From assembly GCF_009834535.1 (NCBI RefSeq), contig NC_045698.1, positions 6,636,001 to 6,700,000 on the forward strand: a stretch of 64,000 nucleotides of DNA, read 5' to 3'. Every line of letters starts with the position of its first letter. The stretch's first letter is position 1. The translations under genes and the position numbers were made by a program. The notes under the pieces are model-generated. The model did not search any database. It saw only the letters and a program-made list of their open reading frames with translations, and had not been told where the DNA came from. Shown piece after piece: positions 11,726-22,800 of this stretch. The stretch is from Camelus ferus (Eukaryota).

Positions 11726-13076
11726 CAGTAAGGCAAAGATTTATATGCCTATCCTTATAAAATACATGGCAACTCAGGTCCTGGTTTCCAATCACGTTTA
11801 AAGGAGTGAGTGACGAGCCAGATTGTAGAGCTAACAGAAAGTCATAAATGAATCCGAGCACAGCAAATACTACCCATTACAAAAGCCTGAACAAAGCTCA
11901 GAGTGCATAAAAAGGTATGCATCGCCCATACAGACAATAATACGTACCAGAAACAAGTGCGGCAGGACAGAAAGAATGTACAGACATGACAGAGTAAGCT
12001 ACTAACCATTTAAATAAAGTCAGCTGAAAACGCTGCAGTAAGAATTCTGGATGGTACTTCCCTTTTATTCTCTTGCCCTGGTACATAGGAGCCAAGCCCT
12101 TAAATTCTTATGTTATCAAAAGATTCAGAAGAGAAAACTGAATCAGGCCCAAAGATTGACATGCATGAGGCACAAAATGAGCACAGTTTAAAAATAAATG
12201 CTCTAAGATTTAAGGGGGAGGGGAAAAAAAAAGCAGTTGTGAGGGATTAGACACAGAAGAGGAAATCTATGAGAGATACAGACACCGCCGTGTTAATTAC
12301 TTCTTTCTGCCTGACACAGACAGTACTGCCAACATGTGCACGAGCAGAGAGACTGTAAGACGACGCTAAACGTGGCAGTTCTTGGGAGATGATTCTTCAT
12401 TCACAGAATCGTATTCTGCAACGCAGGGGTCCCAGGAAATACTAAGTCAAAATATTGTCGCTTAAGAATAGTAAAAAAGGAGAAAATGAATTGTTGATAT
12501 CTACAGATTTTTTAGAGGAAAAAAGAACAGCTTTCCAACCTGAAACCATTAAAATGTAGGCAATTTTATAAAGAACTTTTTCCCACAGATTAAGGCATAG
12601 CAGGTACTCCATGCTCTTCTGCTAAATAAAAATGAGAGCTCTGTTTACAGTTTTTAGAGTCATTTGACAAGTATGTCAATAATAATTAGCCACTAACTAT
12701 TTCATTGGCCTCTCACGGTCAGAAAAATATAAAAAATTCTTTATGTGATCTCTTTGTTTTAACACACTGGTTCTTATTTCACATGTCATCAGGAGGCTGT
12801 AAGCAAACAGCTAGTTAGCTGGCTGTCACCATCAACATTCAACATCTTTGAAGTTAATGATACTAAATGGAAATGCTAGAACTATAATTAAGGGGTGTGT
12901 TTTAATAATACTACTGAGGAATTATTTTACACTTCAAGCAAAGTACTAGAAATAACTCAGTGGGCTAGGCTTTATAATATCATATTTGAAGTGTTACTTA
13001 TCATTACATGTCAGTGTACTTATTAGAAATTCATTTTTTCACAGTTAATATCTGTATAATTCATATACTCAATTAT

Positions 13077-13393
13077 TGCTGTGGTATGAATGTTTGGAGA
13101 CCCCAAAAGTCATACGTGGAGATCTTAACCCCGAAAGTGATGATATTGGGAAGTGAAGTTGATTAGGTCATGTGGGTGGTACCCTCAGGATTAAGACTAG
13201 TGCCTCATAAGAGCAGCTGAGAAAGTTCCCTTGCCCCTTCCACCATGCGAGTATGTGGTGAGTAGGCACCATCTATGAACCAGAACTCAGGGCTTCACAT
13301 CAGACACTGGCTCTGCCAGCACCTTGATCTTGGACTTCTCAGCTTCCAGAGCAGTGTAGGATATTTTATTATAGCAGCCCAAACAGACTAATT
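13077..13393 (+). mobile_element. MaLR solo LTR (MLT1A-like)
   Basis: tgctgtggtatgaatgtt...gattaggtcatg...gacactggctctgccagcaccttgatcttggacttctcagcttccaga...ttatagcagcccaaacagactaa. Confidence 0.85.
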
Positions 13394-13616
13394 GTGAAAT
13401 TTTCTTTAAGAAAAAGCATATGAGGTATGTCAGTCTTGGTTCAACTACCATTTCATTTGGTCCAGTTCTCAAAATGAATCCTCTCTAAAGATCTGCAGTG
13501 TTGGGGCTCTAGGGAGGTCCATCAAAGTATGGGTCATTATGTCCCCACCCCTACTCTCCATCACACACATGTTCCTCCAGAGTCGGTGCACCTTCTGTTC
13601 ACCAGACACCTACAGG

Positions 13617-13837
13617 TAGGATCACCAGATTTAGCAAATAAAAATACAGCATGTGCAGTTGAATTTGAGTTGCAGATAAACACACACATAGTGTTTTAGG
13701 TTAAGTGTAAATTTCAGATAAACAGTAGATACATTTTTTAGAGTAAATATAGCACAGATTTATACTAACAGAATTATGCATTGTTTATCTGAAGTTCAAA
13801 CTCAAATGGGCACCTTGTGTTTTATCTGGCAACCCTA
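13617..13837 (+). mobile_element. MER53 palindromic hAT MITE
   Basis: tagg..accagatttagcaaataaaaataca ... ttgtttatctgaagttcaaa...ttttatctggcaacccta; long imperfect inverted repeat. Confidence 0.85.
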
Positions 13838-14494
13838 CCTGGGGAAAGCTGTGTGAAACCTTGTATGGTTCAGGGTCCTGACCCTGGGTACCTGCCTCCT
13901 CATGCCATCATGAGGCCTTGAAAATGACAAAAAGGATGTGTGCATTTAAAATAAAATATTCATGAAAGTGCCGTGTGGGACAGAAATCTTGAGAAATCCC
14001 TGAAAGACAGAAAGGAAATCAGTTCATGTAAACAGAGGAACTCACAGTCTCAAAAACAAACTAAAAAGATCGCTAGGAAACCCATAGTTCCTCGAGGGCT
14101 GCTCCAAGTTCAGAAGCAACAGATTCAATGATGGGCAAGAGAAACAAAGTCCACGGGGATTTGTCGGGGAACCCCATTCAGAACCTCTAAACAATGGCGC
14201 CCACCACTCACACCCTGGGTCAGCAGCAAGAGCATCTGCTCTTGGGATGGAACCACCAGTGTGAGTACTTGGACCAAAGAGGAAGGAAGGTGCCCTGAAT
14301 GACAGCTGATGCCCAGGAGGCATGAGACAGCAGGGCCCCACTGCACACCCAACCTCATCATCCTTAGTCAGTGAATACCAAACATGGAAAGCGAACCACA
14401 GATGGGATACTCCAGGCTCTCGGGATGATCTACTGACCAACAACTTAGGAAAACCAACATCAGTGCAAGGAGTCACTGGAGAGCCGTATGGGTC

Positions 14495-14880
14495 CTACAT
14501 GTTCTTTAAGTTGACTCTTAGGTATTTTGTAATTGTGTTCCCATCATGAACGGGATGACATTACATTGTTATGTATTCATCATTTATTGCTCATAAATAG
14601 AAAATTGTTGACCTTCGTGTATATATTTTGTAACTTGTAACCTGACTGAACCTCTTATTTCTTCCAATATTTGTAACTGATTATCTTGTGTTTTGGGGGC
14701 CAATAACGTGGAGTAATTCTATATTTTCAGCTTCAACATTACAATTTTCTTATCTCCTTTTGTATCTAATCGCATTGCTTAAAATTTCCAGTACAGCATT
14801 AAATCACACTGGGAAACCTAGCATCATCTTTTTCCCACCATTAATGGGAAAAAGAGTTACCCTCGACACTTCTCCTGTTA
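14495..14880 (-). mobile_element. Old L1 ORF2 fragment
   Basis: Antisense L1 text (ctcttaggtattttgt, ttgctcataaatagaaa, gcattgcttaaaatttccagtaca). Confidence 0.55.
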
Positions 14881-15415
14881 GTTTTTGTTCTGCCTGGGAA
14901 CACATGCTCTACCAACGCTCTCATCTGTGAGGCTACTCCATCCTTTCTTTGGCTTAAATCATTCACTTTTTGGTCCTTCTTTGGACAGGCGAAATCTGTC
15001 TTCCTGTGCATCTCCCCACTTGCACATGAAGTGAGAGGCAGTTGGAATACCCAGATGGCCTCACTGAGCACTTTACAACTTGTAAGGAACACTGAAAAGT
15101 CCAGATGCTAAATGCACTGCTTTTCACAGGTAAGTTTGTTGAGAAAGACCACTTTGACGTGACATATTCTAATGTCACTATATTCTACCCTTTGTGACCA
15201 TACTCTTCATTACTGCTCTCAGGTCAGAAAGATCAGTGATAGTCTCAACCCTGTATCTGCTGACCACCAGCATCCGTGTGGGGCTTATGCCTCCCACACC
15301 CCTGCACAAGACCTTGTCCTCAGGCTAATCAGTTCCGAAACTGACCTGGTCCATGTTCTCTAAATGTGCTGCCTGTGTGTCCCCAGATCACATTTACCTA
15401 CAATATTTACTTTTT

Positions 15416-15494
15416 TTATTTCAACATTTTTTTATTGAAGTACAGTCAGTTACAATGTGTCAATTTCTGATGTATGGCACAATGTCCCAGTCAT
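15416..15494 (-). mobile_element. Ultra-short 5'-truncated L1 tail with 12-bp TSD
   Basis: TSD TATTTACTTTTT at 15404-15415 and 15495-15506; insert closely matches the L1 end at about 40820-40890. Confidence 0.85.
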
Positions 15495-18400
15495 TATTTA
15501 CTTTTTATATTCTAAAATAAAATTTGCCCATTATGGTGTCTTTTCTGGAAACAGAAAGATATTTAAATCTATTTGAAATCCACCATCTGTTAAAAGTTGT
15601 GGAAAGGAGAACGTTCGAAATCTACAAAGTTCCTTCTGAAGTGAGTACATTTTAGTATGAACTATCCTGCTGTGTTCTTTTGGATTTTAAGTCCATACAG
15701 CTTCATTCACAAAAGCACCTTCTGGAAAGTTCACTAGCTGATTTGTTTGGTTTGGTTTCTGGTTGTTGTTTATTTTGCGTTAAGCTCCCATGAGAATCTG
15801 CTTAACATTATCCTGACTATCAGCCCTCTTTGAACAGATCCCTGGTGGGGTTCACACACCATCTTCTTGCAGGCTTTCCCGAGGTCCAGACAAGAGGTGA
15901 CACATAGAGACATTACATCCAAAGAGCCTTCAGCACTTTGGCCCAATTAGGAAAAAATAAAAATTGATTTGAATGCAGAATTAAACTAACAATGATGGGT
16001 CCCACTGGCTCTAGTGGAAACTGTTCAAAAGAGAACAAAATGTTAGCTTTTTCATGAAATCTGCTTCTAGACCCTTACTAAATGGCAGGTGCTGTGCTTG
16101 GCCAAAGACACAAGAGCTCCTTTAATTCTAACTAAAATTGTGCAAAGGGGACGAAACATCAGCCTTTCCATAAAACACATACTTCAGTCCCTCCTAGAAG
16201 ACAGGCCTCTGTCAGGCTCAAGAACATAAGGAGATCGAAAAGCTGCCATCAGGAAGACAGGGTGGTGGGGACTGGCACAGATGGTGGTGAATGCATTTTG
16301 CCACAACTAGATGGAGTGTGGTGGATGTTGCCGAATACACCGCAAATGTCTGGTCCATCGGATTCCAGTATCAGAAGCGTGGAGAGAAACCACTCACCGA
16401 ATCGCACGGTCAAAATAATTCAAATAGCATAAAAGAGTGAAGTGGATATTTCACACTTAAGAAATGAAAGTGTCCTTGAAACACAGCTTGGAGAAAGATG
16501 GGAGAAGCTCCAAATGGGAATGGTTATCACAACTCTGCTCGCAGACAGGTATGTTATTTCTGACATTATCATCCATTACTATTCATTACAAATTTCTAAC
16601 AGGTCACCCAAGTGAGTCTTTGCTCTAAATACAGTGCCTTCAAGCACCACTCAACTTTCCAATTTTTAGCTACGCAACACTGAGTTTTAGTTGGCACCAC
16701 CTTCCTCTCACTGTGCTGTCTTTGGCATTTTTCTTCTTCCTATGTGATCAGGACAAAGTCACCAAATGAGCCAGGCAGCACAGACTATTTGAAATAAAAT
16801 ATATGAGAAACTTACAATTAGAGAAAGAAATGATTCTCATCTGCTCCCCCAACAAACCAAATTCCTTAGGTAAAATAAACATATGTAAAGTGCCTGAGCT
16901 GATTTCTTCAAAACAAATGCACTTAAGAAAAAGGATCGCCAACTGTCTCCTGCTCATTTGCTAAAAAAAGAGCAACGTTTGCGATTTGAGAACATTACAA
17001 AGGTCCAGCTTGAATTCACTAAAGGCAGAGCGTGTGTAATGCATCTTATTTAAATTGACACAAGTTTGGTTCGGGCACAACCCTACTCCTACCCCGCAGC
17101 TTTTACAGACTATGTGACATTTTCAGGAGTGCGTGAGATAGAAAAATAGAAGATCACCTCCCTTCTCCATGAGCTCCATCATTAATGTCTCTGTCGTGGA
17201 GAAAAAAAAAATCTATGAAAATAATTTGACACTAAAATTATGTCTCGGCCATCCGCATTTTATTTCAAAAATATTATTAAAGTGGATGCAAAATAAGTAA
17301 ATAAATGGATTCCTTCCTCAGGGCAGTATCCAGTGACTGGACCCCCAGGGGCTGGCGTGGATGGCAACAACAGCCCTTAAAATAACCAGCCTCAAAGCTC
17401 TGACGCTAACATCTAGTCCCACATCTGGAGGGAGAATGCAGCCGCTGCCCTGCTGCTCCTTGGGGAGAACTTACTTAGGAGGCCTGGCGGGGGTGGGGAG
17501 GAGGCCTGTGGACGCTGCACCACAGGGGCAGGGTCCTTGAGGATAACCTCACATTTCACACAAGCCTGAACCCTGACTTCTTTTTTCCAACTCATCTCCC
17601 CGACCCGGCAAGTGTCAGCCCCGCTCATGCCAAAGCTCACACTGTCCCCATGATCACACACAGCCTGCCTTCCCACTGTGTTCTGGATAAACAGAGAAAT
17701 CACAGCAGAAACTCTGTCTGTTTTTTTCAGCCTCAGGGAGTGCCTTGTAAGCCAGAGCTGTCAGAAGCTGGTGGCAGATCAACAGGAGAGAAACAAGGAG
17801 TCTCCCGTCACAAACCAGTGACAGGCAGCCCTCCTTTGGTGTCCACTCCCCGTGGCCAGCACTTCACTCACGCTGTCCTCAAGTTCAGCCTCCAGCAGAA
17901 GGAGTTGTACTTGTCTCACACATCCTTGGACGTCAGTTTCCCCTACCTGAGAACTGGGGAGAGTCGAGGCCCACCTGCTCTGTGTGAAGCTCGCCCCCTG
18001 GCTCTCTCCATAGCAGCTGCTCCCCCTACATCACGGACTCTGAAGTTCCTTCATGTTGATGTACCACCAAGACAGTCTAAGTGTACGACCTGAATAGATA
18101 CAAATGCAGGTAAGACATTTAAGGAAGTAAAACTTGATGGATGGGTACTAAGCATTGGCAAATCCTCTAAGAAAAGTCAGGTTCAGATTTCTATCATCAA
18201 TTTCAGTGTTTTATTTCAATCAGATCACCTTTAAATTGCTACTGCCAAGCTAATGTTAAACTAGAAAGAAAAAATAAAAATAATTTAAGCAATAATTTAA
18301 AAAGAGAGAGAGAAAATTTATTATCACTGCCATGTTATCCATCAGAAAGGGGAAATTTATCTACAAGGGCACCTAACTTCTTGTAGATAAACTGGTTAGT

Positions 18401-18596
18401 CCTACCATCAAGAGTGGCGACTGTTATTCAATATATTCATTGAGAGAAGAAACCACATATACAATTAGTGGATTTGCCAGTAGTGCTCCTCAATTTATGA
18501 ACATTCACGCTCTTCCTTGGCAAATCTGCCTCTTCCCAAATTACAGACAAAAGGCACAGAGCAGCTTCTATGAAATCCATCAGTTCCTTTGGAAAA

Positions 18597-18760
18597 TTCA
18601 TTCACTCATTCAACAGCTATTTATTAAGTGTATCAGACAATTTTCTAGGCACTGGGGCTGAGTCGGCACAAGTCAGATGAACAGAGCTGTTCTCTTGGCG
18701 CTCATGTCGCTGGAGAGGGCAAGAGACAATAAACAGCACAGTAAGTAAATGTTATAATAA
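18597..18760 (-). mobile_element. L2 3' end
   Basis: cattcactcattcaacagctatttattaagtg...ctaggcactgggg, the typical antisense L2 terminus. Confidence 0.7.
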
Positions 18761-18799
18761 GCTGGCACGTGATCATTTCAATGGAGAGCAGAATCACCC

Positions 18800-18965
18800 A
18801 CTGACCACTTATTCTGCACCGAGCTTTGTGCACACAGCACCAAGAAGGCATTACTGACGCCTTTTCTGGAAGAGAAAACTGAGACTCAGGAAGATTAAGA
18901 AACTTGCTTAAATTCACACGAATGGGAAGCTGACTCCCAAGTGGGGATTCAAAGGCACATCTGCA
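18800..18965 (-). mobile_element. MIR SINE
   Basis: MIR core gagaaaactgagactcagg...ttaagaaacttgcttaaattcacac...ggattcaaa. Confidence 0.7.
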
Positions 18966-19264
18966 TAACATTCGAGAGTGTCTGTCTAATGCTCACACTA
19001 TCGGATTCTTGGGAAATTCTAGGGAGACCTCATTAACTAACTAACTAGAGAAACCAGGTCCCACACCTACCGCAGCCTCGGTGAGAAGTTGCCACAAGGG
19101 AACTGGACACCAGACGACCCAGGGCCCCTCGACCTCCCCAGTACCCAAGCTCCTCCTCCCCGACTCCGTGGCGTCTGCAACACCTTAATAGCACTTGCTT
19201 TTCATTTTAATGGAAATCTTTATTTAAAAGACAATAGTGTACAAGAGACCTCCTTTAAAAGCAT

Positions 19265-19885
19265 ACTGTCTTATCCATAATTGCCAAAACATGGGAGGAA
19301 CCAAGATGTCCTTTAGCAGGTGACTGGATGAAAATATCATGGTACAGCCAGACAATGGAATATGATTCAGGGCTAAAAGGAAATGAGCTAACCAGTCAAA
19401 AATGGGGAACCTTAAATGCATGTTACTAAGTGAAGGAATCTAATCTGAAAAACTACATTCTGTATGAGTCTAACTGTATGACACCCTGGAAATGGTAAAC
19501 CTACGGAGACAGTAAAAAGATCAGTGGTTGCCAGGGGTTAGGGCGGAGGGAAGGATGATGGGTAAAGCATGGGGGACCTCTGGGGCAGAGGAACTACTCT
19601 TTGTGGGGTTGCTTACAATGATGGATACACATCATTATACATTTGTCAAAACCCATGCCATGTACCCACCCAGAGTGACCTGGTAAACCATGGACTTTGG
19701 GTGTTAAAAATGCGTTAATGTAGGTTCATCAGCCATAACAAGTGTATGCCTCTGGGGGAAGCTACTGATGGCAGGGGAGGGTGTGGCTATATAGAGGAGA
19801 GAGGGGCGACATGGGAAATCGCTGTACTTTCCACACAACTGTACTGTGAACTAAAACTGTTCTAAAAAATAAAGCCTATCAATAA
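19265..19885 (+). mobile_element. L1MC-type 3' end
   Basis: aaccaagatgtcctt, ggaaccttaaatgcatgttactaagtgaag, gagacagtaaaaagatcagtggttgccagggg, tgtgaactaaaactgttctaaaaaataaag. Confidence 0.85.
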
Positions 19886-22800
19886 ATGTGTATATATACA
19901 CAAAACATTTAACAAATATTAAAAAGCCTACTGTCCTACTGTCCATGACTCCGGCGAAACAAAGATGAAAAAGGTAACCAGGTGAGGCTTTGATGCAACG
20001 TGACCAAGAGGCCAGCACCTCATGAAGTCACTCACACACACACACACCAGCAGCAGCTCAGAACTGACCTTTATAGAAATGAACATTTCTGAAAAAACGT
20101 TTTCTGGCAGCGAGTCCACAAACTGTCTGTTGGGTATTATTTCTCGACACACTCAGGTTCAACGCGACAGACAGAGGGTCACCCTCCTGCAAGTAGTGTC
20201 TACTTCGAGCATACACGAAATATTCCACCTATTTTTAGTTACATTTTAAAAATACATTTTTTAACGTGAGTGGGCCACATTCTGATCTGGCTCTGTACTT
20301 CCAAATGTCTCCGTAAAAACTGAGCTTAATCATCCCCTTTTAAAAAAGCAAATTAAATCAGCAACTATCCACAGAGAACCACCTTCGTTTGCAATAATCA
20401 GCCAAATGTTATAGGAATATTAATGAATAAGAGAAATTCAAGACACAGACCCTGACCTCAAGGTGCTTAATGAAAGAAGTTAAGTCCACCTCTAGATATA
20501 ATCTTTCTGCTTTCCAAGTGAGTTTCTCAAGTCTGGACCCTGGATCGGAACAGAGTCTCTGCAGGACACGTGCTGATGCACGGGACCAGTGGCTTTCCAT
20601 CAAGCTGCTCACCTGGGGAGCGTTCTAACCAACCCTGCTCCCAGCCCCAGGCCCCTGATTTTCTGATTATTAGGTCTTTGATATGTCAGTTTCTACCAAT
20701 TCCCCTCCTCTCACGGCCCCCACCGACCTTATATTTGTACAGCACTTTAGAGTTTGCAAAACTTCCTTAAACCCCCTAACTTTTAACCTTGTGTGAGATC
20801 ACGACCGCTATAATTTCAGATGAGAAAACACGAGTCACGCACATTCCTACTTGCAGGCAGCAAATAATAAATGCCACAGGTCAAGTTTAGACATTGTGCA
20901 AGATTTATTCCTAAAACAAGTATTTGTCCCATAGGTGGGTGTGTATTAGTGGCATCAGCTCACATACAAAAAGTTATGCTTTCCAAAGTATCTGATCAAA
21001 ATGTTCAAGTTTCCCTTTCTAAGAAATGTTCCTTTTGGCATTTTTTACTTTAAAAGTTCTTGTGAACTGATTGTATATATTAAAATATTCATTCAGAAGT
21101 GAAACCTAGGAATTTCAGGAAAAGAACAATATTTGTATATACAGGCACGAACCTACTTCCAAAGCAAAGTAGGTGCAGAATACTTCAAAGGACTTAAATT
21201 CTTTTTAGCTCCTTCGAGACTACCTTTATTTTAAAACAAAAAGCTGTGTTCCTTCTAAGCCATGGGGCTGAAACTCCTTTGGTCCTACCTGGAGTACACT
21301 GGGTCCCAATGAGATGCTTAATTACCCAGAGGCAGTGATTGAACCACCATTCCTAGGAGTTGGCAGGCAGGCATGGTCAAGGACAAAGATTTCTGAATGA
21401 CAGCCTCACACCAGAGGAAAGTCAAGAGGCACCTGTGAAGTCTGATCACAAGACAGCAAGTAAACGAAGCCAAACTGGAAATGTTCCCAGTGGGAAAAGC
21501 TGCCTCTTACAGGCACCTTGACTGCCCTCACCTTCACGATTTCCCAAAGCAAGAAGACTCATCCCTTCATATGCAGTAAGGACCGTGTCCAGACACGGAG
21601 TCTGTGTGGTCCACCATTCAGTATGTATTTGTTGACTCCCTACCAAGCGTCTGGCCAGTAGCAAATGCTGGACGATATGAAGGAACAAGACTGAGCCTAC
21701 ATTGAGTTTATGTGATTGAGTAGCCAGCCCATCAACATGACTCCCATGAAGTAGTAACCTAAAGAATACGTCCGCACGGGGGTGAGGAGAGAACCAGTGG
21801 GGACCATCACAGCCCGGACAATCAAAGGATATGCATACATTTTTAAGGGATTCTTGACAAAGCAAACTAATATTTTTCACATTTAAAAATGGACAGTAAA
21901 TAATAAATCAGTCTGTTTGAGATTTATCTTCAATTCTTCCAGCTTAGCCATGTCTCCTTCTTCCCTAAGCTCTACTTATAAAAACTAGGAAATAAACTTT
22001 GAATGTAATTTTCTTTCTCTGTGTTTCTTAATATATCTCTGCTCTTCAGTTCAGGCATAGAAGATGTGTGACTTGTATTTAATCATTAAAATGTAAGAAT
22101 TATTTCTTATTAAAAAATTTCCATCATGCCAGTCCAAAAGCTACAGTAGAAATTCACATTGCAAAGATTCTTCTGAGTATTCATTTATGGTTTCAGCTGG
22201 CTGAGAATTTATCCCCAGAGTAAAGGTAAGAAATGCATGTAAACTACAAAGTGCAAAAGGAAGCTCCACATTCATTAGAAGGAAGTACTGAGTCACCATC
22301 CTGTTCACATCTGGACCAAGGCTACACAATCAACCACAGAAGCTGGCATCCGAGGCAGCACCTTTCCCAGTGTGGGATGAGGTGGCACCTCCTTCACACC
22401 TAACACCTCCTCCCTGTCACCACTATGGATCAGAAGAAGACCAGCAGTCAAGTCCGACAGTGTACAATGCCCCTAGGAGAGGTGGGACAATCTGCCATCA
22501 CGTCTATAGGAATGTCTTTAAAAGAGAAGCCTCAGGGGGCAAGAGCAGTTGCTCCCTTCCAGCTCAAGGGCCTCCCTCAAACTGTTCCCTGCATGATAAT
22601 TATAAGGGCAGAGAATGAGCAGACCGTTGCATGACCCCAAGTGGGGACAGTCCAGCTCGATCCAAAGTGCAAAATGTGTCACTTCTCTGCCTTTTCATAT
22701 CATCTAACCAACATCCGGTCAAAATGCACATGTTCCCAGATTTTAAACCATATCGAATTTGGTAGAGGGAGGCTTGGCGGCAAGGAATATGGAAACAAGA

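Noticed and set aside
13740..13775. miR-1302 precursor in MER53
   Set aside because: The central palindrome and seed-equivalent bases are degenerate.
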